DNA of 64,000 nt from an uncultured Candidatus Saccharibacteria bacterium. Lineage in GTDB: Bacteria; Patescibacteriota; Minisyncoccia; Phycocordibacterales; UBA918. The translations under genes were made by a program, and so were the position numbers. Shown one piece after another: positions 18,779 to 29,146 of this stretch. Each line of letters opens with the position of its first letter. Positions within the stretch are counted from its first letter, which is position 1. The notes beneath the pieces were generated by a model. It made no database searches, was not told the origin of the DNA, and was given only the letters and a program-made list of their open reading frames with translations. The stretch spans positions 54,623 through 118,622 of the forward strand of contig CAZBMV010000001.1 in the NCBI GenBank assembly GCA_964493145.1, in the 5' to 3' direction.

Positions 18779-20062
18779 ATGGACAATATTCTCTATTACA
18801 TAAAGCAACTTATCCCTTCGGGGGTGTTTCGGCTCGTGCAACCTTTTTACCACTACGTCCTCGCGCTCATTGGGGCCGTGTATTACCGCTTCCCCTCAAA
18901 GGAAATCACCGTCATCGGGGTAACCGGGACGAAGGGAAAGTCTACGGTCGTGGAACTCATCAATGCCATCTTTGAGGCCGATGGAAAACGCACCGCAGTC
19001 GCCGGAACCATCCGTTTCAAAATCGGCGAGAAGAGCGAGCGCAACATGTTCAAGATGACGATGCCGGGACGCTTCTTCATGCAAAAATTTCTCCGTGACG
19101 CGGTGAACGCGGGATGTGATGTTGCGATTGTGGAGATGACCTCGCAGGGAGTGCTCCAATCTCGCCACAAGTTCATCCACCTTGATGCGCTCGTGTTCAC
19201 CAACCTCTCACCCGAACACATTGAATCGCACGGTTCGTACGAAAAGTACATCGTCGCAAAACTTGAACTCGCGCGCGCGCTCGAAGAATCACAGAAGCGC
19301 CCTCGGTACATGGTTGCAAACAAGGACGACGAACACGGCGCGCGCTTCCTTGAACGGAGCGTTGAGCACGCTCTCCCCTACGGACTCTCAGACCTTGAAC
19401 TCTACACGCTCAACAAGGAGGATATTAGTCTCGTGATACAGGGATCAACGCTCCGTGTCCCGCTCATCGGTCTCTTCAACGTATACAACACACTCGCGGC
19501 GATAACGTGCGCACGCGCACTCGGCGTACCAATGAAGACGATTCACACCGCACTTACGAACCTTCCGCCTATCAAGGGGCGTGTGGAGCGGTTCAAGTCG
19601 CCAAAGGGTGCAGAACGAAAGGTGACCGCAATTGTTGACTACGCGCACACTCCAGACTCACTTGAGAAACTGTACCTCGCATTTGAAAAAGAAAAGAAAG
19701 TATGCGTACTTGGGAACACCGGTGGGGGGCGAGACACGTGGAAGCGACCGGAAATGGGAAGAATCGCCGATAAGTACTGTGATCGCATTATTTTCACGAA
19801 CGAGGACCCGTACGACGAAGACCCGCGAGAAATCATTGACGACATGGTGCGTGGTATTGAACACGAATCAAAACTCACCATCATTATGGACAGGAGAAAG
19901 GCGATTCGTACGGCACTTGAGGAAGCGCCGGATGGGAGTGTGGTAATTATTTCCGGAAAGGGAACCGACCCGTACATTATGGGCCCGCACAATACCAAAA
20001 CACCTTGGAGCGATGCGAAGGTGGTTCAACAGGAGATGAATGCTCTCTTTGGAGAAGGGTAG
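18779..20062 (+). CDS. murE: UDP-N-acetylmuramoyl-tripeptide synthetase (Mur ligase)
   Basis: GVTGTKGKST, TNLSPEHIESHG, VDYAHTPD, NEDPYDEDP, SGKG. Confidence 0.9.
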   Translation: MDNILYYIKQLIPSGVFRLVQPFYHYVLALIGAVYYRFPSKEITVIGVTGTKGKSTVVELINAIFEADGKRTAVAGTIRFKIGEKSERNMFKMTMPGRFFMQKFLRDAVNAGCDVAIVEMTSQGVLQSRHKFIHLDALVFTNLSPEHIESHGSYEKYIVAKLELARALEESQKRPRYMVANKDDEHGARFLERSVEHALPYGLSDLELYTLNKEDISLVIQGSTLRVPLIGLFNVYNTLAAITCARALGVPMKTIHTALTNLPPIKGRVERFKSPKGAERKVTAIVDYAHTPDSLEKLYLAFEKEKKVCVLGNTGGGRDTWKRPEMGRIADKYCDRIIFTNEDPYDEDPREIIDDMVRGIEHESKLTIIMDRRKAIRTALEEAPDGSVVIISGKGTDPYIMGPHNTKTPWSDAKVVQQEMNALFGEG

Positions 20063-20065
20063 TTC

Positions 20066-20542
20066 CTATTTTCTTTTCGCATCTCGCGCGTGAAAGAGAA
20101 CGATTCCCGCACACACGGAAACGTTGAGGGATTCCTTTGCACCACTCATGGGTATGTGGAGGTGTGTGGTTGCGTCGGTAAGTACTTCACTTTCCACTCC
20201 CGTAATCTCATTCCCAAAAATGAATGCGGTGTCTTCTTTCGTAACGAGCGTTGTATATGGAACGGCGTGTGTCGTTTGCTCTACGGCGACAACGTGGACA
20301 CTTTCCTTCTTCAGTCGTTCTATGAGAGAAACAATACCTTCAACCACCTCGTATGGCACTGTCTCTGTTGCACCGAGCGACGTTTTTTTTATTTCCGCAT
20401 TCTCTCGGCCGAAACGATCCCGCGGAGCGGGTGTGTACCCGGTGATGAAAATTTTGGACACGCCTGCCCCATCCGCAGTCCTGAAAATTGAGCCGACGTT
20501 GTGTGCGCTTCGTATGTTGTGGAGAATGACGTACGTGTGCAT
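20066..20542 (-). CDS. SpoU/TrmH family RNA methyltransferase
   Basis: NIRSAHNVGSIFRTAD, FGNEITGV, IPMSGAKESLNVS. Confidence 0.92.
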   Translation of the reverse strand: MHTYVILHNIRSAHNVGSIFRTADGAGVSKIFITGYTPAPRDRFGRENAEIKKTSLGATETVPYEVVEGIVSLIERLKKESVHVVAVEQTTHAVPYTTLVTKEDTAFIFGNEITGVESEVLTDATTHLHIPMSGAKESLNVSVCAGIVLFHARDAKRK

Positions 20543-20623
20543 GGCTGTGTGTCGCACATCATACACCCATTTTTCGTAGACGCTATTCCTTAACAAGGTT
20601 ACATGGACACGGTACACTGAAGT

Positions 20624-21022
20624 ATGCTCAACATTTTCCCCATTCAGTTTCTCGCTCCGTTTGCATACATGATTCTGCGCGTCGGCATCGGTTTCGTACT
20701 CTTTGTTCTCGGTGTTCGTCACCTTCGTAATCGCTTCGCCCTTCGTGACACGTTCACGTTCCGCCTCTTCCCGTACGGCTTCTTCTTCGCGTGGTATCTC
20801 GCTATTGTGGAAATGGTTATTGGCGTCATGTACCTGCTCGGCCTTTTTACCCAAATCGCCGCTCTCCTCACCATACTCATGTCGCTCAAGTTTCTCATCA
20901 TGCATCGCACTTTCTCGCATCCGCTCATTCCGTCTCGCCTCACATACTTTTTTATGCTCCTTATCTCGGTTTCGCTCCTCATCACCGGCGGTGGCGTGCT
21001 GGGTTTTGATTTGCCGATATAA
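20624..21022 (+). CDS. DoxX family membrane protein
   Basis: Four TM; LRVGIG, EMVIG..LLGLFTQIAA, GGGVLGFDL. Confidence 0.8.
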   Translation: MLNIFPIQFLAPFAYMILRVGIGFVLFVLGVRHLRNRFALRDTFTFRLFPYGFFFAWYLAIVEMVIGVMYLLGLFTQIAALLTILMSLKFLIMHRTFSHPLIPSRLTYFFMLLISVSLLITGGGVLGFDLPI

Positions 21023-21227
21023 ATAGACATCTGCGGTGCCTGTGGTATAGTTTTGGTGCGCAGGAATGCGCTTTTTCATTTTCTTTTTTGTCTTTACAAA
21101 TTAGAATATAAACATGTTTGGTATATTTCCACACATCCGCCTTACAGGCGCTGTACACCTTTAGGGTATTTTTGTTCGTAAACTCCAATAATTCCACTAA
21201 AGGTCCGGAAAAGTGCCCCGCACTTTT

Positions 21228-21300
21228 CCGCCCATAGCTCAGCCGGTAGAGCAGCTCCCTTTTAAGGAGAAGGTCCCAGGTTCGATCCCTGGTGGGCGGA
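21228..21300 (+). tRNA. tRNA-Lys(TTT)
   Basis: CCGCCCA/TGGGCGG acceptor, loop CTTTTAA, GGTTCGATC. Confidence 0.92.
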
Positions 21301-21442
21301 CAAAATTTTTAAAGAAAATTTTGGACGCACAAAAAACTGTCCGGGGGACAGTTTTTAAGGGATCGAAGACCTTGCGAGATACCTTTGCGAGTGAAGCGAA
21401 GCAAAGTATCCGCAAGGTGTACTGCTCGTGTAACGAGAGATA

Positions 21443-21459
21443 CCCTGGTGGGCGGACAA
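21443..21459 (+). repeat. 17-bp direct repeat of tRNA-Lys 3' end
   Basis: CCCTGGTGGGCGGACAA identical to 21287-21303. Confidence 0.85.
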
Positions 21460-21494
21460 GCGTTAAGAAACCCTGACCTTCGTCAGGGTTTTAG

Positions 21495-22022
21495 CTTGTC
21501 CGAGCCGCAGCGATGTTTTGCCGACCGCAAGGAAGCAAAACCGCGAGGCGGGGTCGCGAGTGCTTAGATAAATATTTATGAAATTAATATTTAACTTAGC
21601 AACTCGTGACGACAAGGTTTGTTTAGTACGCAAACCACTTTGCGTACGGCGCTTGTCCGAGCCGCAGCGATGTGGCCAGAAAATAACGAGCGTAGCGAAT
21701 ATATTTTCTGAGTCTGTCTTAAAATTCTATTCAAAATGAATTTTAAGACGAAAGCTGTCAAAAAGGCAAAACCGCGAGGCGGGGTCGCGAGTGCTTATGA
21801 GCGAAGCGAATTAGGAACAGCAGTCTGGGAGACTGCTGTTCCGTGACGACAACGCCATTGGGGTCGCGAGTGCTTAACGAACGCAGTGAGTTTAGGAATA
21901 ATAATCTGGGAGATTGTTATTCCGTGACGACAAGATTTGTTTAAGCGAGCTGGGGTCGCGAGTGCTTATGAGCGAAGCGAATTAGGAACAGCAGTCTGGG
22001 AGACTGCTGTTCCGTGACGACA
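21495..22022. repeat. Array of four hairpin-containing repeat units
   Basis: GGGGTCGCGAGTGCTTA at 21550, 21781, 21860 and 21952, each closed by CGTGACGACA; 21781-21851 identical to 21952-22022. Confidence 0.85.
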
Positions 22023-22107
22023 GGACCAAAGAAGGTTTTGGCACAAAAAGTGATGTCTTTCGCATGGTGGCGAAAAGTGCTACATTTAACTCCATAATCT
22101 AACGTCT

Positions 22108-22848
22108 ATGTTTGAATCCTTTGGCAGTAGTGCGCACGAAAAAAAGGTACTCATTTTATCTCCGGAACGATACGAGGAAACCTTTAAAAAGAACATTGAA
22201 GAGCTACACGATGCGGTTGAGAGTGGCGACACGGAAACCATTGCGAAAGTGCGTTTCTATATTGAAAAACATAAACGCGAGATGTCAGAGTATGTCCGTG
22301 GCATTGATGAAATAGACACCAGCCTTTCAAATGAAATCCTTTCAGATGCCTCAAAAGCAATTCTTATTGACAACCGAATTCTCTTGGAGAAAATTGTTGG
22401 TAACCTTGAACGGTACATTCACGAATACCAAGAAGTGCTCACGGAAAGTACTGATGCGATGTCTTCAGGTGTTTCCAGCGCGGTGGATCCTTTTAAAGAA
22501 CGCGCCGTTCACGTTGAGCGTACCGGCGTTTCTGCACGATACTCACTCGCTGAGGTGCGGCAGTACCGACAAATTTTAAATGACGCGGCGCAAAGTGGTG
22601 ATGCGCAAATACTAAACCTTCTTGAAGAGGCGGTGACAAAGTACACCACAGAAGTGACTTCCTATGAGGTGGCAATCGGCGAAATTGATACTCTGCTTAG
22701 GCGTGAAGAAAATTCGGATGTCACGATTGCCCTCTACACAAACAATAAGATTCTTCTTGAACAAACCATTGCTGAAACGCAACAGCTCATTGATGACTAC
22801 CGAGCGCTTCTCACAAAAGAACTTGGAACGTCAGCATCAACGCTTTAA
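22108..22848 (+). CDS. Hypothetical helical protein with internal duplication
   Basis: Two ~95-aa repeats (DA..SGD...EIDT.L....SD...N.ILLE). Confidence 0.75.
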   Translation: MFESFGSSAHEKKVLILSPERYEETFKKNIEELHDAVESGDTETIAKVRFYIEKHKREMSEYVRGIDEIDTSLSNEILSDASKAILIDNRILLEKIVGNLERYIHEYQEVLTESTDAMSSGVSSAVDPFKERAVHVERTGVSARYSLAEVRQYRQILNDAAQSGDAQILNLLEEAVTKYTTEVTSYEVAIGEIDTLLRREENSDVTIALYTNNKILLEQTIAETQQLIDDYRALLTKELGTSASTL

Positions 22849-23543
22849 AGCTTGAGCACCCACTGCTCAAGCGCTGTGGCTATGTCGCGCTTTCCGAGAT
22901 GTCCATCGTGGTAGAGCGTGACCAAATTTTTTGTAAGCTCTTCAACCTCACCTGCCTTGAACTTTGTGAGCGCTCGCTTCGCTTTCTGGTATACAAACGG
23001 CTTAAGCCCTGCCTCCTCTGCACCTGCGGTCTTTCCCGCAAGAAGCATTGTCTTCAGTTGCCAAAAAAGAATGCCCACGATTTCCTCCACAGGGACACCT
23101 TCGCGAATATTGGTGATGAGATGCACCCAGAGCACCCTCTTGTCGCGTGCGGCAAGTGCGTCGCTGAGTGCAAACACATTGAGTTTTTCCTCTTCGGCCT
23201 TGCATTCACAGCACACATCGGCAATTTTTGAAAAGATTTTTTTGTCTTCCGCCGGACGTGCGGTCTCAATGACAATGAAATGATGCGAAGACTCCTTGAG
23301 AGCCGCCAAATGTGCGAGAAACGCATCATAAAAGGTGGCGTCTTCGCTCGGTGTATCAAGGAGGATAACTTCCGTTCCTCCGAAGAGCGGCGTGCTCTGC
23401 GCGAGTTCGGAGAGCATACCGTCTTCGTAGGTATCCGCAGTGATGCGAAGCGGTGCTCTATCGCTACCGAGCGTTTCGTGCGCACGTGCAAGTGCCTTCT
23501 GTCGCACCTCGTCGGTATTTTTTCCAAAATAAATATCAAGCAT
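22845..23543 (-). CDS. holA: DNA polymerase III delta subunit-like protein (short)
   Basis: TPLFGG, FALSDALAARDK, LFWQ, KPFVYQKA, LEQWVL. Confidence 0.75.
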   Translation of the reverse strand: MLDIYFGKNTDEVRQKALARAHETLGSDRAPLRITADTYEDGMLSELAQSTPLFGGTEVILLDTPSEDATFYDAFLAHLAALKESSHHFIVIETARPAEDKKIFSKIADVCCECKAEEEKLNVFALSDALAARDKRVLWVHLITNIREGVPVEEIVGILFWQLKTMLLAGKTAGAEEAGLKPFVYQKAKRALTKFKAGEVEELTKNLVTLYHDGHLGKRDIATALEQWVLKL

Positions 23544-25935
23544 GATTCATGTATTCCATCTCATCCCAATTCTTCCCCATTTTCACCTCGGCGGCAATCG
23601 GCACGTCGTGTGTTTCTTCTTTGGTGAGGACTTGCTCCATGATTTCTTTAATTCGGAAAACGACCTCTTTCACGTACGCGTCCTCAATTTCAAACACGAG
23701 CTCGTCGTGTACCTGCAGAAGCATTTTCGCACGTGCACCATTCTTTTCTTTTGCAAGGTAGTCGTGAATTCGTACCATTGCAATGCGAATGATGTCAGCG
23801 GCAGTTCCCTGTACGGGCGCGTTGATTGCCATGCGCTCCGCTTGCGCTCGGATAAAAGGTGCGGAGGAGTTCATGCCGGGGAAATAGCGGCGCCGTCCAA
23901 AGTACGTCTTAGTGTACCCGTGTGCGCGAGCAAATGCTTTTGTCTCTTCAAGGTATTCGGCGAGCCGGGTGAAGGTATTGAAATACGCATTGTAAAACTC
24001 CTGCGCTTCTGCACGCGTCGTCGTATCACCAAGGTTCGCACGGAGCGCATTCACGCCCATGCCGTAGAGAATACCGAAATTAATAACCTTCGCCTCGCGT
24101 CGCATCTCGCGCGTTACCTCCGCAAATGGAACATGGAAAACGCGCGAGGCGACGCCTTGATGCACGTCCTCGCCGTTTTTAAAGATTTCAATCATTTTCT
24201 TGTCGCCGGAGAGAAACGCGGCGATGCGTAACTCAACCTGTGAGTAGTCTATGGAAACGAGCGTGCGCCCATGGTCCGCAATGAATGCTTTTCGTATCTC
24301 GCGACCTTCTTCGGTGCGTACGGGGATGTTTTGAATGTTCGGATTCTGTGATGCCATACGCCCCGTAGTCGTTCCCGCCTGAAGAAACGTCGTGTGGAGT
24401 CGGCCGTCGGCACCGACCATAGTGGGGATGGTGTCCACGTACGTAGATACGAGTTTTTGGATTTCACGGTACCGCAAAATTTCCTCAATGATGGGGTGTG
24501 CGTCTTTCAGTTTTTCCAGTTCCGATTCGCGCGTAGAGCGTTGCCCTGTTGCGGTGTGCTTTTGATTCTTCGGCTTGAGTGCAAGCGTATCGTAGAGAAT
24601 TTCACCGAGCTGTTTCGGCGAATTAACATTGAATTCCTTACCGGCGTGCGCATAGATGCGTTTTTCAAGCTCTGCAATCTCACGATGTATTTTTGCGGAA
24701 AGCGCTTGTAGGTGCGACACATCTATGCGCACTCCCGTTTTCTCCATCTCGCGCAAAACGGGCATGAGTGGCAACTCAATGTCCTCATACACTTTCACAA
24801 GTTCGCGTTTACTGAGTTCCTCTCTGATGTGTGCCTGAATCTGGGAAAAGTCGGAAAGGTTGTGCGCTCGCCCATACTGCACAATGTCGTCGTACGTCGG
24901 ATTTGTCGTTTCGGACGAGAGGAGCCAGAGCGCGAGTGCTGTTTTTTCCACTTCTCCCTCCGGAATCGCACTTTGTTCTTTTGTCGGTACGTCGGTTTTT
25001 ACACTGAAAAGATTTTTCACCCTCGTCGCGAGCGTACGAAAGCCGAGTTCCGCAAAGAGCGTGAGTGCCTTCTCCACATCAAAACCATCTCGCCACGTCT
25101 CCACGGGCAGGGTAAACGTGATGGGCGCATCGCGCCTGATGGTTGCGAGCATTTTAGAAAAGAGCGCCTCTTCTTCATTTGCTTTGAGAAGTTCCACCAT
25201 GCGATCTTTAATTCCCTTTGCGCGGAGCGTTCCTTCGTCTTTCTTGAGCGCGCGATATATTCCCTCAACCGTCTTAAAATGCACAATGAGTTCCGTCGCA
25301 GTCTTCTCTCCCACTCCCTTAATCCCCGGAATATTGTCGGACGGATCACCCCGAAGCCCCTTGTAGTCGGGAATCTGTGAAGGACCGAAGCCGAAGCGTC
25401 CCACAACTCCCCGTTCATCGTAGAGGACGGTGTCGTTTATTCCTTTCTTGAGGGTGTACACGAGCACTCGTTTGTCATCAACGAGTTGGAGTGTGTCCAT
25501 ATCGCCCGATGCAATGATGACGCGCAGGGTTTCGTCTTTTTTCATCTGTTCTGCAATGGTGCCCAAGATATCGTCCGCCTCAAAACCGGGGTACGAGTAC
25601 ACGGGCACGTTGCAGGCATGGAACACATCGTACGAGCGCTGTATCTGTGTGATGAGCGCGTCTTCGGTCTTTGCTCTCCCCGCTTTGTACTCTTTATACA
25701 CTTCGTGGCGGTACGTCGGTTCGGGAAGGTCGTAGCAGGCGACGAGGTAGTCGGGCTTCAGTTCCTCAACGATTTTGAGGAGCATGGCGACAACTCCGTA
25801 GAGTGCACCGGTGGGTTCCCCTGTAGGCGATGCGAAATCGGGAAGCGCGTGGTACGCGCGGTGGAGAATGGCGTGCGCGTCCAGAAGGACAAGTGTCCGT
25901 TCCTTCTCTTCTTTTTTGGTTTTATTTTTTTGCAT
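23536..25935 (-). CDS. polA: DNA polymerase I (5'-3' exonuclease plus polymerase; proofreading region reduced)
   Basis: LLDAHAILHRAYHA, EADDILGT, GDPSDNIPG, DYSQVELRI, AKVINFGILYGM, QVHDEL. Confidence 0.97.
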   Translation of the reverse strand: MQKNKTKKEEKERTLVLLDAHAILHRAYHALPDFASPTGEPTGALYGVVAMLLKIVEELKPDYLVACYDLPEPTYRHEVYKEYKAGRAKTEDALITQIQRSYDVFHACNVPVYSYPGFEADDILGTIAEQMKKDETLRVIIASGDMDTLQLVDDKRVLVYTLKKGINDTVLYDERGVVGRFGFGPSQIPDYKGLRGDPSDNIPGIKGVGEKTATELIVHFKTVEGIYRALKKDEGTLRAKGIKDRMVELLKANEEEALFSKMLATIRRDAPITFTLPVETWRDGFDVEKALTLFAELGFRTLATRVKNLFSVKTDVPTKEQSAIPEGEVEKTALALWLLSSETTNPTYDDIVQYGRAHNLSDFSQIQAHIREELSKRELVKVYEDIELPLMPVLREMEKTGVRIDVSHLQALSAKIHREIAELEKRIYAHAGKEFNVNSPKQLGEILYDTLALKPKNQKHTATGQRSTRESELEKLKDAHPIIEEILRYREIQKLVSTYVDTIPTMVGADGRLHTTFLQAGTTTGRMASQNPNIQNIPVRTEEGREIRKAFIADHGRTLVSIDYSQVELRIAAFLSGDKKMIEIFKNGEDVHQGVASRVFHVPFAEVTREMRREAKVINFGILYGMGVNALRANLGDTTTRAEAQEFYNAYFNTFTRLAEYLEETKAFARAHGYTKTYFGRRRYFPGMNSSAPFIRAQAERMAINAPVQGTAADIIRIAMVRIHDYLAKEKNGARAKMLLQVHDELVFEIEDAYVKEVVFRIKEIMEQVLTKEETHDVPIAAEVKMGKNWDEMEYMNHA

Positions 25936-25936
25936 T

Positions 25937-26374
25937 TTAAGTTCCATACGTAACGGTTCTCGTTTGTTCGTGGAGCGTGAATGAAATGGGGTACGCATCC
26001 TCAGGGATAAGGCGTTCAATTTTTTCCGGCCACTCAATACAGACGAGGCGTGTGGGGTCCTTCAAAAGTTCTTCAAAGCCGAGAACGCGCATCTCGTCGT
26101 CAGACTCAATACGGTACGCATCAATGTGCGTGAGTGTTTTAAAAAATGGGTGGCTTTTAATTGGGTATGATTTCATAATGACGAACGTCGGGCTCGTGAT
26201 TGTCTCTTCAATCGTGAGCACTTTTCCAATCTCCTTCACAAAAGCCGTTTTCCCTGCACCGAGGTCTCCCTGAAGTGCGAGAACGTGTGCATTATTTTTG
26301 AGAGCAAGTCCGTTCACAATTTCATGCGCAAAAGCATACAGCTCATCAATGGTACCGATATCGCGCTTCTCCAT
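25937..26374 (-). CDS. tsaE: tRNA t6A biosynthesis ATPase TsaE
   Basis: GDLGAGKT, ITSPTF, HIDAYR, IEWPE. Confidence 0.95.
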   Translation of the reverse strand: MEKRDIGTIDELYAFAHEIVNGLALKNNAHVLALQGDLGAGKTAFVKEIGKVLTIEETITSPTFVIMKSYPIKSHPFFKTLTHIDAYRIESDDEMRVLGFEELLKDPTRLVCIEWPEKIERLIPEDAYPISFTLHEQTRTVTYGT

Positions 26375-26470
26375 TTGGTCATTCTACCATTTTTATCAGA
26401 GAGCGCAGGCAAAAGAAAAGGCCGGTTTGCGAGAGTAAACTCTCGCAAACCGGCCCTAGACCAGCCACCA

Positions 26471-26866
26471 TCACCGGATATGGATTCCTCCATATGGGTT
26501 GTGATGCGGCGAAGGAACAGGAATAACCTGTACGCCCTGCCGGCAAACCGGGTGGTAGTCATTGCGATGTGCGTTCCTGTCGTCGCACATCCACGGCACC
26601 GTCTTAGGTGGCACCACCATCATGGGCGGGTAATCATAATGATGATGGTGTCGCGGTTGCCGATATTGCGGCACCACTACCACGGGCGGTGGTGCATACA
26701 TCGGACCGCCACCGTAGTACGGAGGACGCGGCATCGGTTGGGCATTGCTCGCCATCCCGCCAAGGGTGACGTGCTTATCGCGATACGCACCACCGGCGGT
26801 TGCAAGACAGCCCGACATCAGTATCGCCACGAAGGCGATGAAGAGCGTTTTGAAAAGAACGTTCAT
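26471..26866 (-). CDS. Pro/His-rich putative lipoprotein
   Basis: GGAGG SD; signal peptide with lipobox-like LMSGC; Pro-rich body; downstream hairpin at ~26420-26455. Confidence 0.6.
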   Translation of the reverse strand: MNVLFKTLFIAFVAILMSGCLATAGGAYRDKHVTLGGMASNAQPMPRPPYYGGGPMYAPPPVVVVPQYRQPRHHHHYDYPPMMVVPPKTVPWMCDDRNAHRNDYHPVCRQGVQVIPVPSPHHNPYGGIHIR

Positions 26867-26993
26867 GATTTTACCCTCCTTGGTAAAAATTGAATTGTCT
26901 TAATTATACCACAATCACTATTCCTGTCAATAATCCCCAAAAGGGCTTTGTTCTCCGTGCTTTTGGGTATCCTTCGCGTGGTACCATACATAC

Positions 26994-28649
26994 ATGCCCC
27001 AATTTGATGATTCTCTCACCAATGCCCGCCTCGCTTCGCTTCACCGTTCTGAGGAAGAGCGCCTCGTGGAAGCGCTCGCGCCAAAATACGGCTACCGGTA
27101 TGCCAATCTTGAGCGGACCCCCCTCAACGTAGAAGCACTCAAGTTGCTCTCTGAAGAGGAGTCACGAGGTGCGGAACTCGCGATCTTTGCCCGAACAAAC
27201 GAAAAGGTGTCTGTCGCAGTTCGCAACCCTCACAACCCCGACCTTCCCGTCGTTCTCAAAAAACTTGAGGGGATGGGGCTCACCCCAACCGTGTACCTCG
27301 TTTCGCTCCAGAGCGTACTCCACGCGTGGGACCGCTACCACGACGTTGATAGCGCAACCGCTGAGGTGCATGGTGTCCTTGATGTGAATCCGAAAAAAAT
27401 TAAACAAATCGCCGACACCGTCCACTCGTACCTTGATGTGGGCGGAATGGTTACCGCGATTGAAAAGGAGGGTTCTGTCACCCGTACGAGCAGTATCATT
27501 GAAATCGTGTTTGGAGGCGCACTCGCGCTCAACGCATCGGACATTCACATTGAACCTGAAAATCGTACGACGCGTATTCGGTATCGTCTGGACGGCGTCC
27601 TCTTTGACATCTGCGCCATTGAAAAGGGTACGTCGGCACAAATTCTTTCACGTCTGAAACTGCTCTCGGGTCTTAAGTTAAACAGACGGAAGGAATCTCA
27701 AGACGGACGCTTCACGTTTGACGTTGGGACGCGAAAGGTTGAAATTCGTTCCTCACTCATTCCGGGTGCGTACGGAGAATCCATGGTAATGCGCCTCCTT
27801 GACCCCGATGCATCCAGTTTTAAATTGGAGAACCTCGGTCTCAATGCAAAACTCCGCGACATCATTCTCAACGAACTCAGTCGTCCAAATGGCGCGCTCC
27901 TTACTACCGGACCAACCGGGTCGGGAAAGACAACCGCACTTTACTCGTTCCTCATGCACATCCACACGCCTGAACTTAAAATTCTCACCCTTGAGGATCC
28001 TGTTGAGTACAAACTTCCCGGTATTGTGCAGTCGCAGGTGAGCGATGAGTACTCGTTTGCGCAAGGTCTTCGTGCCATGCTCCGCCAAGACCCCGATGTC
28101 ATCCTCATCGGTGAAATTCGCGACCGTGAAGTGGCGGAAACCGCAATTCACGCCGCGCTCACGGGACACCTTGTCTTTTCCACGCTCCACACCAACAGCG
28201 CCGCAGGCGCATTCCCTCGCCTCGTTGATATCGGCGTTGACCCAAGTATGATCGCAAGCGCGGTCAATATCGTCCTCGGGCAACGTCTCGTTCGCCTCCT
28301 CTGTCCCGTGTGTAAAGTGGAGCGAGAAATGACAACTGAAGAACAGGCGCTCATACAACGGGTGCTCGGTGTTCCCGTTGCGATTCACACTGTCTTTGAT
28401 GCGGCGGGGTGTGATGCGTGCGGTATGAGTGGGTACAGGGGACGAGTGGGTGTCTTTGAAGCAATTCGCATTGATACCGCGGTTGAAAATGCCCTCGCAT
28501 CAGACCCGCGCGAACGTGTCATTCTTGAAGCAGCCAAATCTCAGGAGATCCCCACCATGCAACAGGATGCGCTCTATAAGGTGCTCGGCGGCATTACCTC
28601 ACTTGATGAGGCGTCGCGAGTACTTGACCTGTATCACATTGACGACTAG
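26994..28649 (+). CDS. pilB: PilB/GspE family secretion/pilus ATPase
   Basis: ASDIHIEP, GPTGSGKTT, EDPVEY, LRQDPDVILIGEIRD, TGHLVFSTLHTN, CxxC-CxxC. Confidence 0.88.
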   Translation: MPQFDDSLTNARLASLHRSEEERLVEALAPKYGYRYANLERTPLNVEALKLLSEEESRGAELAIFARTNEKVSVAVRNPHNPDLPVVLKKLEGMGLTPTVYLVSLQSVLHAWDRYHDVDSATAEVHGVLDVNPKKIKQIADTVHSYLDVGGMVTAIEKEGSVTRTSSIIEIVFGGALALNASDIHIEPENRTTRIRYRLDGVLFDICAIEKGTSAQILSRLKLLSGLKLNRRKESQDGRFTFDVGTRKVEIRSSLIPGAYGESMVMRLLDPDASSFKLENLGLNAKLRDIILNELSRPNGALLTTGPTGSGKTTALYSFLMHIHTPELKILTLEDPVEYKLPGIVQSQVSDEYSFAQGLRAMLRQDPDVILIGEIRDREVAETAIHAALTGHLVFSTLHTNSAAGAFPRLVDIGVDPSMIASAVNIVLGQRLVRLLCPVCKVEREMTTEEQALIQRVLGVPVAIHTVFDAAGCDACGMSGYRGRVGVFEAIRIDTAVENALASDPRERVILEAAKSQEIPTMQQDALYKVLGGITSLDEASRVLDLYHIDD

Positions 28650-28770
28650 AACACGTCCTGAATCCCCATATACTTCGGCGCGCTTCAATCAGAAACACTC
28701 ACCATATATGAAATATGCCTCGTATTTCCTCATTCGCGCTTCTTGTCTCTGGGGTTTCAGACCATGCTCT
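28648..28770. mobile_element. MITE-like element, copy 1
   Basis: Imperfect TIR AGAACACGTCCTGAATCCCCA / TGGGGTTTCAGACCATGCTCT; core CTCACCATATATGAAATATGCCTCG similar to copies 2 and 3. Confidence 0.6.
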
Positions 28771-28804
28771 TGTGGTCAATTTAAAATTTCTAGATATACG
28801 TCAT

Positions 28805-28836
28805 CAAAAACCATTCGTTTAAACGAATGGTTTTTG
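28805..28836. terminator. Perfect 32-bp palindromic terminator-like hairpin
   Basis: CAAAAACCATTCGTTTAAACGAATGGTTTTTG. Confidence 0.7.
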
Positions 28837-29140
28837 CTATGCAACTTGTGTTTGGGTAGGTCAAGGAGACGAGGTGGTGGGGTCATGCTATATTCCCTAC
28901 ATCGTGAGTTACGATACTCACTGTTCCTCACATTGAGCGTATAACCCTTGACGCAATAGCTTCCGTAAGAAGTGACACTCCAAAATTAAGGTATGCTCCA
29001 GTGGTCTCATTCAAAGATGAGCACCAAAGCACCCTCATCTTGAGTACCAAGTATTGCGTAAAGGGTTATCAGTTCAATGACCCTGTTTTTTACTCTCTAA
29101 AAAAGAAAACATTCGGAGTCCCGAATGCAATGAACGATAC
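28837..29140 (-). ncRNA. Candidate structured ncRNA (~300 nt)
   Basis: Promoter upstream, terminator downstream, no minus-strand ORF in the track, long stem pairing 28931-28958 with 29052-29079. Confidence 0.45.
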
Positions 29141-29146
29141 GCCCAC

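Noticed and set aside
21495-22022. CRISPR array
   Set aside because: Spacing is irregular, interiors are related hairpins (two identical) rather than unique spacers, and no cas1 or effector genes are present.
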